Below are positions 11,831-22,590 of a DNA stretch of 64,000 nt, piece after piece. The DNA is from Sandaracinaceae bacterium. Lineage in GTDB: Bacteria > Myxococcota_A > Polyangia > Polyangiales > JAFGIB01. A model generated the notes under the pieces. The model was not told the DNA's origin and did no database searches. It saw only the letters and a program-made list of their open reading frames with translations. Numbering within the stretch: position 1 is the first letter of the stretch; each line of letters starts with the position of its first letter. Where the stretch lies: assembly GCA_017881055.1 (NCBI GenBank), contig JADGRF010000013.1, positions 75,201-139,200 of the forward strand. The letters are read 5' to 3'. Both the position numbers and the translations under genes were made by a program.

Positions 11831-13558
11831 ATGCGGAATTGTTCGAGGGTATGTCTGCTCGTGCTGTGCGCTGTGGGCTCCGCGTGCACGCACGGCAAGA
11901 AGAAAGACGACAAGCCGGCAGTGGCTGCGCCTCGGGTCGTCGCCACGCCGCCCGCGAAGGTGGAAGACAGCAAGGACCCGTGGCTATCGGGCACGCTACC
12001 CGCATCGGAGATGCAAGGTGAGCCGCGCTCCGGTGGTGATCTCACGGTCGGCCTGTCGACCGACCCGCCTTCGCTCAACACGTACACCGACTCGGATCTG
12101 GTCGCGTCGTGGATCACCGGCCACCGCATCTACCAGAGCTTGGTGAACATCGATCCGCTGGATGATCCGGAGTACCGCGTGGTGCCCGAGCTTGCCGAGC
12201 GCTGGGAGATCAGCCCGGACAACAAGACGTACACGTTCCACCTGCGCAAGGGTGTGCAGTGGCACGACGGTCAACCGTTCACGTCGCGCGACGTGATCGC
12301 GACCATGGACAAGATTCAGGACCCGACGACCAAAGCGGTCCACGTGCGTGCGTACACCCAAGAGCTGGCGAGCTACTCCGCGCCCGACGACTACACCGTC
12401 GTGTTCGTCTGGAAGCGACCGTACTTCCTCACGCTCGACACGATTGCGGATTGGAGCATCCAGCCCGCGCACGTGATCGCGAAGCTGACCGGTCATCAAT
12501 ACAACGACGCCGCGACCAACCCGCTGAACCGCGCGCCGGTCGGCACGGGCCCGTTCAAGTTCGTGACCTGGGAGAGCAACGCGAAGATCGTGATCGCACG
12601 CAACGACAAGTACTGGGGGAAGAAGCCGTACTTGGAGCGCGTGTTGTTTCGAATTCAGCAGGATCCGACCGTCATGCTGCAGCTCGCCGAGCGTGGCGAG
12701 ATCGACCTCGTCGATCACATGACGACCGACGAGTGGGTGCACCTGAACGACTCGCCGCTGCGTAACGCCTGGAACCGTAGCAAGTTCTTCTCCGCGAACT
12801 ACGGTTTCATCGGCTGGAACCTGCTGCGCCCGATGTTCGCGGACAAGCGCGTGCGGCGCGCGCTGACCATGCTGATCGATCGCCCCGGCATCGTCGACAA
12901 GATGCTGCATGGCATGCCGATGCCGACGACGTGTCACTTCTATTGGAAGAGCCCGTCGTGTGATGAAGGCCTGCAGCCGCTGCCCTACGATCCTATCGCG
13001 GGTGCGAAGCTGCTCGACGAAGCGGGCTGGAAAGACAGCGACAACGACGGCGTGCGCGACAAGGCCGGCGTGCCGTTCCGCTTCGTGTTCATGCTGCCAG
13101 CGGGTGCCGTCGAGGGCCATCTCTGGGCGGCGAAGCTGAAAGAAGACTTCGACCACGTCGGCATCGAGATGGAGATTCAGACCGTCGAGTGGTCTGCCTT
13201 CACGAAGCGCTTGACCGAGCACACATTCGATGCGTGCACGCTGGCCTGGGGTGGAGGGCCGCGCGGCGATCCGACGCAGATCTGGCACTCGAGCTCGATC
13301 AAAGGCGGCTCGAACTACATCAGCTACAAGAATCCTCAGGTCGACAAGCTCCTGGAAGAGGCGCGCGTGACCTTCGACGCGAGCGCGCGTGACGCCATGT
13401 ACCGGAAGTTCGGCGCCATTCTCCAGGACGACCAGCCATACACGTTCCTGTTCGTGCGTCCCGAGCTGAACATGCTCAGCAAGAAGATCAAAGGCGCACG
13501 TCCGAGCTTGATGTGGTGGCAGTTCGAGAACATGTGGCTCGAGCCGCAGGCCAAGTGA
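11831..13558 (+). CDS. Peptide/nickel ABC transporter substrate-binding lipoprotein (family 5)
   Basis: ATG 11831, lipobox GSAC; LAERWEISPDNKTYTFHLRKGVQWHDG and PVGTGPF motifs. Confidence 0.92.
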   Translation: MRNCSRVCLLVLCAVGSACTHGKKKDDKPAVAAPRVVATPPAKVEDSKDPWLSGTLPASEMQGEPRSGGDLTVGLSTDPPSLNTYTDSDLVASWITGHRIYQSLVNIDPLDDPEYRVVPELAERWEISPDNKTYTFHLRKGVQWHDGQPFTSRDVIATMDKIQDPTTKAVHVRAYTQELASYSAPDDYTVVFVWKRPYFLTLDTIADWSIQPAHVIAKLTGHQYNDAATNPLNRAPVGTGPFKFVTWESNAKIVIARNDKYWGKKPYLERVLFRIQQDPTVMLQLAERGEIDLVDHMTTDEWVHLNDSPLRNAWNRSKFFSANYGFIGWNLLRPMFADKRVRRALTMLIDRPGIVDKMLHGMPMPTTCHFYWKSPSCDEGLQPLPYDPIAGAKLLDEAGWKDSDNDGVRDKAGVPFRFVFMLPAGAVEGHLWAAKLKEDFDHVGIEMEIQTVEWSAFTKRLTEHTFDACTLAWGGGPRGDPTQIWHSSSIKGGSNYISYKNPQVDKLLEEARVTFDASARDAMYRKFGAILQDDQPYTFLFVRPELNMLSKKIKGARPSLMWWQFENMWLEPQAK

Positions 13559-13571
13559 TGGCGGTGTCTGC

Positions 13572-14597
13572 ATGCTGAAATACGTGGTGCGGCGCGTGCT
13601 CTGGATGATCCCGACGCTGTTTGGGATCACGCTGGTCTGCTTTCTGCTCCTGCGCATGGCGAACGCGGACCCCGTGTCCGCCAAGCTGCAGAACCCGATG
13701 CGCGCGCAGCAGATCTCGCAGGAAGCCATCGCGCAGCTGCGCGCGCTCTACGACCTCGACAAGCCCTGGTACGTGCAATATGGCCGGCTCGTGCAGCGGC
13801 TGTGCACGCTCGACCTCGGTACGCGCTGGCAGGACGGTCGACCGATCGTGGACGTGATCGCGGAGGCGCTGCCGATCACGCTGTTGCTCTCGCTGCTCTC
13901 GATCACGCTCGCGTACCTGATCTCGATCCCGCTCGGCGTGTACTCCGCAGTCAAGCAGTACAGCCTGGGGGATCGCGTGCTGACGGTCGTGCTGTTCGTG
14001 CTGTATTCGCTGCCCGCGTTTTGGGTTGGCACGATGTTCATCGTGTTCCTCGCGAGCGGGAACTTCCTGAAGTGCCCTTGGACGGCGGACCACGCCTGCT
14101 TTCCGCTGCAGGGTTGGCACGCGTTCGACGGCTTCGCCGCGATGAGCCGCTGGCAAAAGTTGGGCGACGTGGCGTGGCACATGGTGTTGCCGGTGGTCAC
14201 CCTGACCTACCAAGCGTTCGCCGTGCTGTCGCGCTACATGCGCGCCGGCATGCTCGAGACCTTGCGACAGGACTTCATTCGCACCGCGCGCGCCAAGGGC
14301 CTTTCGGAGCGTCGCGTGATCTTCGGGCATGCGCTGCGCAATAGCCTGATACCGATCATCACATTGATCGGCCTCGAGCTGCCCGAGCTGGTGAGCGGTG
14401 CGGTGATCGTGGAGTCGATCTTCGGCATCCGCGGCATGGGCCTGGTCGCGCTCGAAGCGATTCGCATGCCGGATTATCCGCTCGTGATCACGATCGTCGC
14501 GTTCACAGCGGTGCTCGTCATGCTGGGTATGTTGCTGTCGGATCTGCTCTATGCGGTCGTGGATCCGCGGATCAAGGCGGGCGAGGAGTCGCGCTGA
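13572..14597 (+). CDS. Peptide ABC transporter permease (OppB/DppB-like)
   Basis: RTARAKGL EAA loop, HALRNSL, VESIFGIRGMG. Confidence 0.93.
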   Translation: MLKYVVRRVLWMIPTLFGITLVCFLLLRMANADPVSAKLQNPMRAQQISQEAIAQLRALYDLDKPWYVQYGRLVQRLCTLDLGTRWQDGRPIVDVIAEALPITLLLSLLSITLAYLISIPLGVYSAVKQYSLGDRVLTVVLFVLYSLPAFWVGTMFIVFLASGNFLKCPWTADHACFPLQGWHAFDGFAAMSRWQKLGDVAWHMVLPVVTLTYQAFAVLSRYMRAGMLETLRQDFIRTARAKGLSERRVIFGHALRNSLIPIITLIGLELPELVSGAVIVESIFGIRGMGLVALEAIRMPDYPLVITIVAFTAVLVMLGMLLSDLLYAVVDPRIKAGEESR

Positions 14598-15605
14598 GTG
14601 GCCGCCCAGTCGCACAGCTACCTCGGCATCGTGCGCCGGCAGTTCATGCGCCAGCGCCTGCATCGCGTCTCGCTGTATGCGATCTTCGCGATCTTGCTGC
14701 TCGCGGTCGGCGCCGACTTCGTTGCATCGGAGCGACCGATTCTGCTCTCGCTCTCAGGCAAGCTGTACGTGCTCCCGAACGTGATCAATCCCGTCGCGCT
14801 GCGCGCCTACGACAACCGGCGCCTCACGCAAGTGATGAGCGAGAGCGACTGGGCGGTGTTTCCCCCGGTACCCTGGGGCGTGAACAGTCACGACCTCGAT
14901 GCCACGCTCGCGCCGCCCAGCGCTACGCACTGGCTCGGCACCGACAGCGGCGGCCGCGACGTGCTCGCGCGCGTGGTGCACGGCTCGCGAGTAAGCTTGG
15001 CGGTCGGCGTGCTGTCCGTGATCGTGCTGGTGAGCATCGGAATCCTGCTCGGCTCGGTCTCTGCGTACTACGGCGGCGTGCTCGACCTCTTGCTCATGCG
15101 CCTGCTCGAAGTCGTGCACTCGGTGCCTGCGCTCCTTCTGCTCGTCACGATGCTTTCCGTGATCATGCCGACCGGTTGGCGCGCCGTCGTCGCCATGATG
15201 GTCGTGATCGGTCTCGTCAATTGGACCGGCGTCGCACGCCTGGTGCGCGGCGAGATCCTGCGCATCAAGCAGATGCCCTACATCGAGGCCTCCCGGGCGC
15301 TCGGTTATGGCGCGCCCCGCATCATCCTGCGGCACGTTCTTCCGAACGCGCTCAGCCCCGTGCTCGTGACTGCCACGTTTGCGATGGCGTCCGCGATTCA
15401 GATCGAAGGCGCGCTCTCGTTTCTGGGCTTCGGCATTCCGGCGGACATGGCGTCGTGGGGCGGCATGCTCAACGACGTGCGTGGCCACACGGGGGCCTGG
15501 TGGCTGGCCGTGTTCCCCGGCGCCGCGATCTTCGTGACCGTCACGGTGTATAACCTTGCAGGCGAAGGCCTGCGCGATGCCATCGATCCTCGACTCAAGA
15601 GTTGA
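14598..15605 (+). CDS. Peptide ABC transporter permease (OppC/DppC-like)
   Basis: HWLGTDSGGRDVLARVVHGSRVSL, EASRALG, EGLRDAIDP; GTG start. Confidence 0.93.
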   Translation: MAAQSHSYLGIVRRQFMRQRLHRVSLYAIFAILLLAVGADFVASERPILLSLSGKLYVLPNVINPVALRAYDNRRLTQVMSESDWAVFPPVPWGVNSHDLDATLAPPSATHWLGTDSGGRDVLARVVHGSRVSLAVGVLSVIVLVSIGILLGSVSAYYGGVLDLLLMRLLEVVHSVPALLLLVTMLSVIMPTGWRAVVAMMVVIGLVNWTGVARLVRGEILRIKQMPYIEASRALGYGAPRIILRHVLPNALSPVLVTATFAMASAIQIEGALSFLGFGIPADMASWGGMLNDVRGHTGAWWLAVFPGAAIFVTVTVYNLAGEGLRDAIDPRLKS

Positions 15606-15612
15606 CTCTTCT

Positions 15613-16672
15613 GTGCTCGCGATTCGCGTCGCGCTCGTGCTTGCCCTCGCACTCGCCACACCGCTCGCCGCGTGCAGCCGCGGTGGCTTCGGTTACTTTG
15701 GCACCACCGAGCCCAAGCACGGTCCGGACGAAGCGTGGACGAACCTGGGTTCCGAGCCTGAGTACATCGACCCCGGGAAGGCGAGCGACTCCACCGGTGG
15801 CGAGCTGATTCATTGCCGGCCGAGTTCATGGACCGCTTGGCTACGTACAAAGACTTCCACCGCTCGCCGCTGATGAGCACATATCTGTACTGGCTCAACG
15901 TAAAGCAGAAGCCGCTCGACGACGTGCGCGTGCGCAAGGCGCTCAAGCTCGCAGTCGACCGTGAGCAGCTGGTGCTGCGCATCACGCGCGGTGGACAGAA
16001 AGCTTGCGCGGATCTCGTGCCCGAAGGCCTCGGTGGTTACGTTGGTCCGCACACGCCGGGCTTCAATCCGGCGCAAGCGCGCTCTCTTGGCGGAGGCTGG
16101 CTACGGTCCGAGCCACCCGTTGCCAACGATTACCATCACGTACAACACCTCCGAGGGACACAAGCAGATCGCCGAAGCCGTGCAGCAAATGTGGAAAGCC
16201 CAGCTCGGCATCGACGTCGAGATCGAGAACCAGGAATGGAAGGTCTTCCTGAAGAACCGAGCAGAAGAATTTCCAAGTCGCGCGCATGGGCTGGGTCGGC
16301 GACTACCCGGACCGGTACACGTTCCTCGAGCTCTTGCGCAGCGGCAACAACAACAACCACTCCAACTGGAGCGAGCCCCGCTACGACGCGCTGCTGCGTG
16401 AAGCCAACGCGACGCCCGAGCGCGCTGCGCGGCTCGTGCTGCTTCGCCAGGCCGAGAGCCTGGTCGCCGACGCAGCTCCGATCATCCCGATCTATCTGTA
16501 TACCCGCTCGGAGGTCACCAAGCCCTACTTGAAAGGGCATGCGCTCAACTACGAGAATCGCTACTTGTTCAAGTATTGGTGGATCGATCAGCGCTGGTAC
16601 CACGGCATCCCGCAGACGGTGTTGCCCGAGGGCTTGCCGCCGTCCGCTGCACTGCACGGTGGCGCACCGTGA
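15613..16672 (+). pseudogene. Decayed OppA-like peptide-binding lipoprotein
   Basis: Lipobox LAAC and EPEYIDP start, then an out-of-frame junction at about 15812 to LPAEFMDRL (central part missing); further frameshifts at about 16085 (CT microsatellite) and about 16258; C-terminal MGWVGDYPD..PIIPIY segment intact. Confidence 0.88.
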
Positions 16673-17172
16673 CCCGCTACGTGCTGCGTCGACTGCTCGG
16701 CCTCGTTTCCACGCTGCTCGTGATCGTGGTGATCTCCTTCTTCATCATTCGGCTGGCACCGGGCTCACCGTTTGGCAGCGAGCGCAGCGTGCCGCCCGAG
16801 GTGCTCGCCGACTTGCAGGCGAAGTACCGCTTCGACCGCCCGATGCCCGAGCAGCTCTGGCGCTACCTGGCGCACCTCGCGCAAGGCGACCTCGGCCTGT
16901 CCACGAAGTATCCGCAGCGCAGCGTGAACGAGATCATCGCAGTCGGCTTTCCCGCGACGCTGCTGCTCGGGTGCGTCGCGTTGGTTTGGCCGCTCCTGCT
17001 CGGCATCAGTGCCGGTGTGATCGGCGCCGTTCGTCAGAACACGCGCTGGGACTACGGCTCGATGACCGCCGCCATGGTTGGCATCTCCGTGCCCACCTTC
17101 GTGCTCGGGCCGCTGCTGGTGCTGATCTTCTCCCTCACGCTGTTCGCGTTACCCGCGGGCGGTTGGGGGCAG
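16669..17172 (+). pseudogene. 5' half of an OppB-like permease, truncated by deletion
   Basis: [26 protein letters not shown], then homology ends; no EAA loop. Confidence 0.85.
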
Positions 17173-17352
17173 GCGCGCGGCGCTCGTTCCGATCGCTGGG
17201 CTGCCACCGGACCTGGCTCGCCTCCCAAGCGGCTGTCCGTTTCGGGTGCGCTGCCCACGTGCGCTCGCGCGCTGCGCAAACGCGTACCCGGAGCAGAGCA
17301 CGCCGGCACCCCAGCACGCCGTGCGCTGCTTCGCGAGCGAGGCCGACTCGCC

Positions 17353-17356
<4 letters not shown>
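17173..17356 (+). pseudogene. 3' remnant of an OppD-like ATPase (oligopeptide C-terminal domain)
   Basis: Alternative frame reads [40 protein letters not shown]; its stop overlaps the next ATG (ATGA, 17353-17356). Confidence 0.8.
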
Positions 17357-18400
<1,044 letters not shown>

Positions 18401-18635
18401 GGCCCTGCAGCCCTCCGTCCGGATCGACGGTGAGAGTGCCCGATCGCCGAAAATGCGGCGATCCATACAATCCATTGCTTTGATACGCACAGACCACGAT
18501 CGTAGGTATTTTGATACGATCTGCGTGAGTCGATGCCCAAGGCCGTCCACTAGGCCAATAAACATCGGTTTTCATTAGAAAACATCGGGGTGCGTTCTTG
18601 TGGTACCGAAATGGTACAGCCATGAGCCATGCCCG

Positions 18636-18665
18636 TTGACATGGATCCATTCAAAAGAATATATT
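18636..18665 (+). promoter_or_regulatory. Sigma70-type promoter with a dyad overlapping the -35 element
   Basis: TTGACA (18636-41), 18-nt spacer, TATATT (18660-65); dyad TTGA-C-ATGGATCCAT-TCAA (18636-18654). Confidence 0.55.
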
Positions 18666-18691
18666 CGCGCGTGTTGATTGATGGGAATCGG

Positions 18692-19258
18692 ATGAAACGA
18701 GTCGCAACAGCCATGACCGCTGCGTCCCAGTCCAGCGCAGGCACTGCGCCGGCGTTCTCCGAGGCCGAGCTCGCGGGCATCGAGAGCCAGCATCCGAACG
18801 GTCTGTCGACCCAAGAAGTGGTCGCGCTCTTCGCGGCGCACGGCGAACGCTTGAGCGAGGCGACCTTCCGCAAGTATGTGCAGCTCGGCCTTTTGCCGCG
18901 CAGCGTGCGCGTCGGCCGCAAGGGCAAGCATCGCGGCTCGCAGGGCCTGTACCCTTCGGCGATCGTTCGGCAGATCGAGCTGATCCGCGGGCTGATGGCC
19001 CAGGGCTACACGATCGTCGACATCCAGCGCGAGTTCGTCGGTGTGCGCACCGAGATCGACGCGCTCGCGCGCCAGCTCTCGCAGGTGCTGGTCACGCTCG
19101 ACGGCGCGCTCCGCGGACAGGCGGGCGAGTCAACTGACGAGATTCTTGGGCGCGCCTTGATCGACGCACGGCAAACTGCCGACGCGTTGGTCGAGAAGCT
19201 GCGCGCGATCGAACAACGACTGGCCATGCGCGCGCGCATGGCGCGGGCGGCGGTGTAG
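18692..19258 (+). CDS. MerR-like winged-HTH regulator
   Basis: TFRKYVQLGLLP..Y..IRGLMAQGYTIVDI pattern plus C-terminal coiled coil; ATG 18692 preferred because the 18629 start would contain the promoter. Confidence 0.7.
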   Translation: MKRVATAMTAASQSSAGTAPAFSEAELAGIESQHPNGLSTQEVVALFAAHGERLSEATFRKYVQLGLLPRSVRVGRKGKHRGSQGLYPSAIVRQIELIRGLMAQGYTIVDIQREFVGVRTEIDALARQLSQVLVTLDGALRGQAGESTDEILGRALIDARQTADALVEKLRAIEQRLAMRARMARAAV

Positions 19259-19360
19259 CGGGCGGGCTGCACGGCCACGACACGACAGACACGGCGTAGG
19301 GCGATACGGACACGGCAGCAAGGGCGGAAAGAAACCACGGGGACTCAAGGAGGCAGGCCA

Positions 19361-19942
19361 ATGTCGGAACAAGAGGGAGCGGTGGAGCAAGCGGGGCAGG
19401 GCGAAGAGCGCGAAACGATCGAGGCGGCACCCATGGTGCAGGGCTCGCTCGCGCTGGCGCTCGAAGAGACGTTCGCCGAAGAAGGCGACCAGCTCGACGA
19501 TGATCTCGAGGGAGACGAGCTGGGTCGTCGCAAGCGTCGCTCACGGGCACGCGCACGCACGATCTCGATTCGGCGCCTGAGCAAGGCGGAGCTCAACCGC
19601 GGGCGGATGCTGTATCCCGAGGAAGAATACTGGCGTCCCACGCTGCGCTCGCAGTGCGTCGACATGGAGCGTCCGTGCCCGTTCGTCTCGTGCAAGTACC
19701 ACTTGTACATCGACGTTCATCCGGTGCGCGGCTCGATCAAGGTGAACTTTCCGGACGTCGAAGTCTGGGAGATGACCGATACCTGCGCGCTCGACATCGC
19801 GGACCGCGGTGGCATCACGCTGGAAGAGGTCGGCGAGATCATGAATCTCACGCGCGAGCGCGTTCGTCAGCTGGAAACGCAAGGTCTCGCCAAGCTGCAG
19901 GCGATGGACGAAGTCACGCGCCTGCGCGACTACGTGGCGTGA
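19361..19942 (+). CDS. Sigma-70 region-4 HTH protein with a Cys/His-rich domain (no sigma region 2)
   Basis: AGGAGG RBS; C-terminal [27 protein letters not shown] resembles RpoD region 4.2; [17 protein letters not shown] cluster. Confidence 0.75.
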   Translation: MSEQEGAVEQAGQGEERETIEAAPMVQGSLALALEETFAEEGDQLDDDLEGDELGRRKRRSRARARTISIRRLSKAELNRGRMLYPEEEYWRPTLRSQCVDMERPCPFVSCKYHLYIDVHPVRGSIKVNFPDVEVWEMTDTCALDIADRGGITLEEVGEIMNLTRERVRQLETQGLAKLQAMDEVTRLRDYVA

Positions 19943-20777
19943 GCTTCGCGGCGAGCCTGTCCCAGGCCGGCTCGCCGATGAAGAACACGTACGGCGCGAG
20001 ACACAGCAGGAACTCGGGTATGTAGAGGATGAACGTGTTGCCGAGGTGAAACAGCGTTCCGAGCGTGATTCCGAGCAGCCGGGTGCGCCGGAAGAACAGC
20101 AGGAACGCGAGCACGACCTCGCCACCGAACACGAGATACGAAGCGATCTGCCAGGCCTGCATCGTCGGCCACTGCCGCACCAAGAAGAACGCGAGCGGCG
20201 TGGCCCACACTCCTTGCATGGTCGAGAGTAAGAGCTCGCCGGTGCGCCACGCGGGGTTCCAGGCCTTCCAGAGCCCGGCCCCGAGATACAGCATGATGAT
20301 CTGGAAGCGCACCAGGCGTGCCGTGAACACGCTCGCAGGCTTGGGCTCTGCGTCAGCTGACACCGCCCACACGGAGTCGCAGCGGCCGCACCACAGCGCG
20401 AGCAGGAAGATCACGATCAGGCGGTCGAACGAGGAGTGCTTCGCGCCCAGAAACAAGAAGTAGTGGTGGAAGAACAGCGCGAGCAGGCAGGGAAGCGTGA
20501 GGCTTGCGCGCCAGCCGATCATGAGCAGCAGGCAGCACGTCCACACGGCTCCGAACAGCAGCCACGCAATGGGCACGCTGGGTGCGTAGTCGGGCACGAA
20601 GTACGGCGCATACACGCCTTCGTTCGAGAACAGCACCGGCACGTGCGGAGCCAGCGCGCCGAAGTACACGCACAAGTACCCGCCCAGCAGGATACGGAAC
20701 GCGGCGATCGGATACGGGCTCGCCGGGGCAAACCAGAGCCGATTCCACGCGGTGGCGATTGCGCGCAAGCCCCTCAT
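19914..20777 (-). CDS. HTTM-domain membrane protein (vitamin-K-dependent carboxylase / SdpB-like)
   Basis: [24 protein letters not shown] and LGTLFHLG motifs; 287 aa from ATG 20777. Confidence 0.8.
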   Translation of the reverse strand: MRGLRAIATAWNRLWFAPASPYPIAAFRILLGGYLCVYFGALAPHVPVLFSNEGVYAPYFVPDYAPSVPIAWLLFGAVWTCCLLLMIGWRASLTLPCLLALFFHHYFLFLGAKHSSFDRLIVIFLLALWCGRCDSVWAVSADAEPKPASVFTARLVRFQIIMLYLGAGLWKAWNPAWRTGELLLSTMQGVWATPLAFFLVRQWPTMQAWQIASYLVFGGEVVLAFLLFFRRTRLLGITLGTLFHLGNTFILYIPEFLLCLAPYVFFIGEPAWDRLAAKLTPRSRAGA

Positions 20778-21316
20778 GGGTCCGCGTACCAGGTGTAGCG
20801 CCAGGCGTTGTTCTCGCCTTTCGCCCCGCGATAGCCATTCACGCTCTGCGGGAACGTGATCACGCCAAAGCGTAGCCGAGTGATCTGCGCGTCGCGATGC
20901 AAGCGGTTGTTGCGAGCTTTGATCTTGCGAGCCAGCACGGCCCAGGCGGCGCGCTGTCCAGAAGGCCCGAGCATGTCCCAGTGATGGGCGGCGAACAGCT
21001 GTGTGAACGTGAGGGCTTGGCGGAGCGGGAAGTAGTCGTGCAGGTCGAGCGTTATGAACGCACCGCGGTCGTTCTTGCGGCCGTCCTGCGTGCGCTGGCC
21101 TTCGATGAAGAAATCGAAGTTGAAGGTCGTGTAGCCGCTGAACATCCCGGGAATCAGGAACGCGTCCTGCATCGCGAACGAACGCGGCAGGCCGTTGCCA
21201 TGCAACCCGAGCTTCGTCGGATTGAACGTGACGCTCACGTCGCCGTAAATGATGAACAGCGCGAGCACGCTCATGCACGCGCGCTTCCAGTGCTTCGGTT
21301 CGGCCAGCTCGGTCAC
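20774..21316 (-). CDS. Hypothetical protein translationally coupled to the HTTM gene
   Basis: GTG start inferred; its stop overlaps the HTTM ATG (ATGA); N-terminal hydrophobic segment. Confidence 0.65.
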   Translation of the reverse strand: MTELAEPKHWKRACMSVLALFIIYGDVSVTFNPTKLGLHGNGLPRSFAMQDAFLIPGMFSGYTTFNFDFFIEGQRTQDGRKNDRGAFITLDLHDYFPLRQALTFTQLFAAHHWDMLGPSGQRAAWAVLARKIKARNNRLHRDAQITRLRFGVITFPQSVNGYRGAKGENNAWRYTWYADP

Positions 21317-21324
21317 GACGGGCG

Positions 21325-21996
21325 CTAACGATAGACGAAGCGCGGGCGGCCGTCGTCCCCGAGCGTGATCGAACCGCCTTCGCCGGGACAGCCGTAGCAG
21401 GTCGTCCAGAGCACTTCGGTCGGGTGATCGCTGCTCGTGCCGAGCGCAACGCTCGTGTCCTTGTCGTCGATCACCAAGCTGGCGGCGTGACGCAGGTGTC
21501 CCGAGGGTAAGAGCTCGAGCACCGCCACCAAGCTGCGATCTCCGATGCTTCCGGAGGTGACCCAGTATTCGACGCCGCGTGCCGGCGACCACGCGAACGG
21601 GCCGTCGGCAATCGACCACGCCGTCACGCTGGCGTGGCTGCGATCAGCGCGTCGCAGCGCAGCGTCCGCGGCTTTACCATCGAAGGGTGTGAAGCGCGTT
21701 GCGTAGTGCGAAAGCTCCGGCACCGCGCGCAAGCGATTCTGCCAGGTGGTGCGATCATGCTCGAGGCCGCGCACCAGCGGTCGTTCGGCGTTCTCGAACG
21801 CCGCGCGCGTGGCTTCGTCGACCGCTGCAGCTGGCGGCGGCAGTGCAACCGGGTTGGTCGCAGGCGCGTTCTGGCGTGCCGCGACAATTGCCGTTTCCGT
21901 GCGGCGCATCGTGGGCGCCGCGTTGGCAGGCCCGCACGCAGCGAGCGCCAGTAACGCGGCCAGACAGCAGAGCAGGACGGTGGGAACCCGTGCCAT
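21325..21996 (-). CDS. Hypothetical lipoprotein
   Basis: Signal peptide ending LALAAC; C-terminal CYGC motif. Confidence 0.6.
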   Translation of the reverse strand: MARVPTVLLCCLAALLALAACGPANAAPTMRRTETAIVAARQNAPATNPVALPPPAAAVDEATRAAFENAERPLVRGLEHDRTTWQNRLRAVPELSHYATRFTPFDGKAADAALRRADRSHASVTAWSIADGPFAWSPARGVEYWVTSGSIGDRSLVAVLELLPSGHLRHAASLVIDDKDTSVALGTSSDHPTEVLWTTCYGCPGEGGSITLGDDGRPRFVYR

Positions 21997-22091
21997 GGCC
22001 AAACGCTACGCCCGGGGCGCGCGGGCCGCAAAGAACGGGCGGGCAGGTCGCGGCGCTTGCGGTCCCGGCGCTGCGCGGGCATACGTAGCGC

Positions 22092-22541
22092 GTCGGAGCG
22101 GACCAGGTGATCGTCGGCTTCTTTAACTGTCCCGAGCTTCGGTTCGGGGGAAGAAAGAGCGGGAGGAAAGTCCGAGCTCCAAAGGACAGAATGCCGGTTA
22201 ATGGCCGGTGGGGGCGACCCCGAGGAAAGTGCCACAGAGAATGAACCGCCTTGGCCAATCACATACCCACCGAGCAGCCTTCGGCTCTCGGCGGACTACG
22301 GGGTTGCACAAGGTAAGGGTGAAAAGGCGAGGTAAGAGCTCACCGGGTCGGCGGTAACGTCGATCGCTAGGCAAACCCCATTCGGAGCAAGACGAAATAG
22401 GGAGGCGTTCGAGGGCGGTCCGCCCGAGCCTCCGGGTAGCGTCGCTCGAGGCGTGCGGTAACGCGCGTCCTAGATGAATGATCACCACCCGCATCCCGGC
22501 AACGGGTGCGGGAACAGGACTCGGCTTACGGTCCCTCCGAC
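22092..22541 (+). ncRNA. rnpB: RNase P RNA (type A), about 450 nt with extended P3 and P12
   Basis: GAGGAAAGTCCG, GGAAAGTGCCACAGA, GGTAAGGGTGAAA, GGCAAACCCC..GAGCAAG, ACAGGACTCGGCTTAC; ends pair (GTCGGAG/CTCCGAC). Confidence 0.96.
22261..22294 (+). repeat. Palindromic element (family 1) inside RNase P RNA P12
   Basis: ACATAC-CCACCGAG-C-AGCC-TTC-GGCT-CTCGGCGG. Confidence 0.8.
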
Positions 22542-22543
22542 CT

Positions 22544-22575
22544 CGAAACCTCGTGCCTCCGGGCACGGGGTTTCG
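22544..22575 (+). terminator. Hairpin terminator after rnpB
   Basis: CGAAACCTCGTGCC-TCCG-GGCACGGGGTTTCG; weak T-tract. Confidence 0.55.
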
Positions 22576-22590
22576 TGCTTTCATGCGGTC

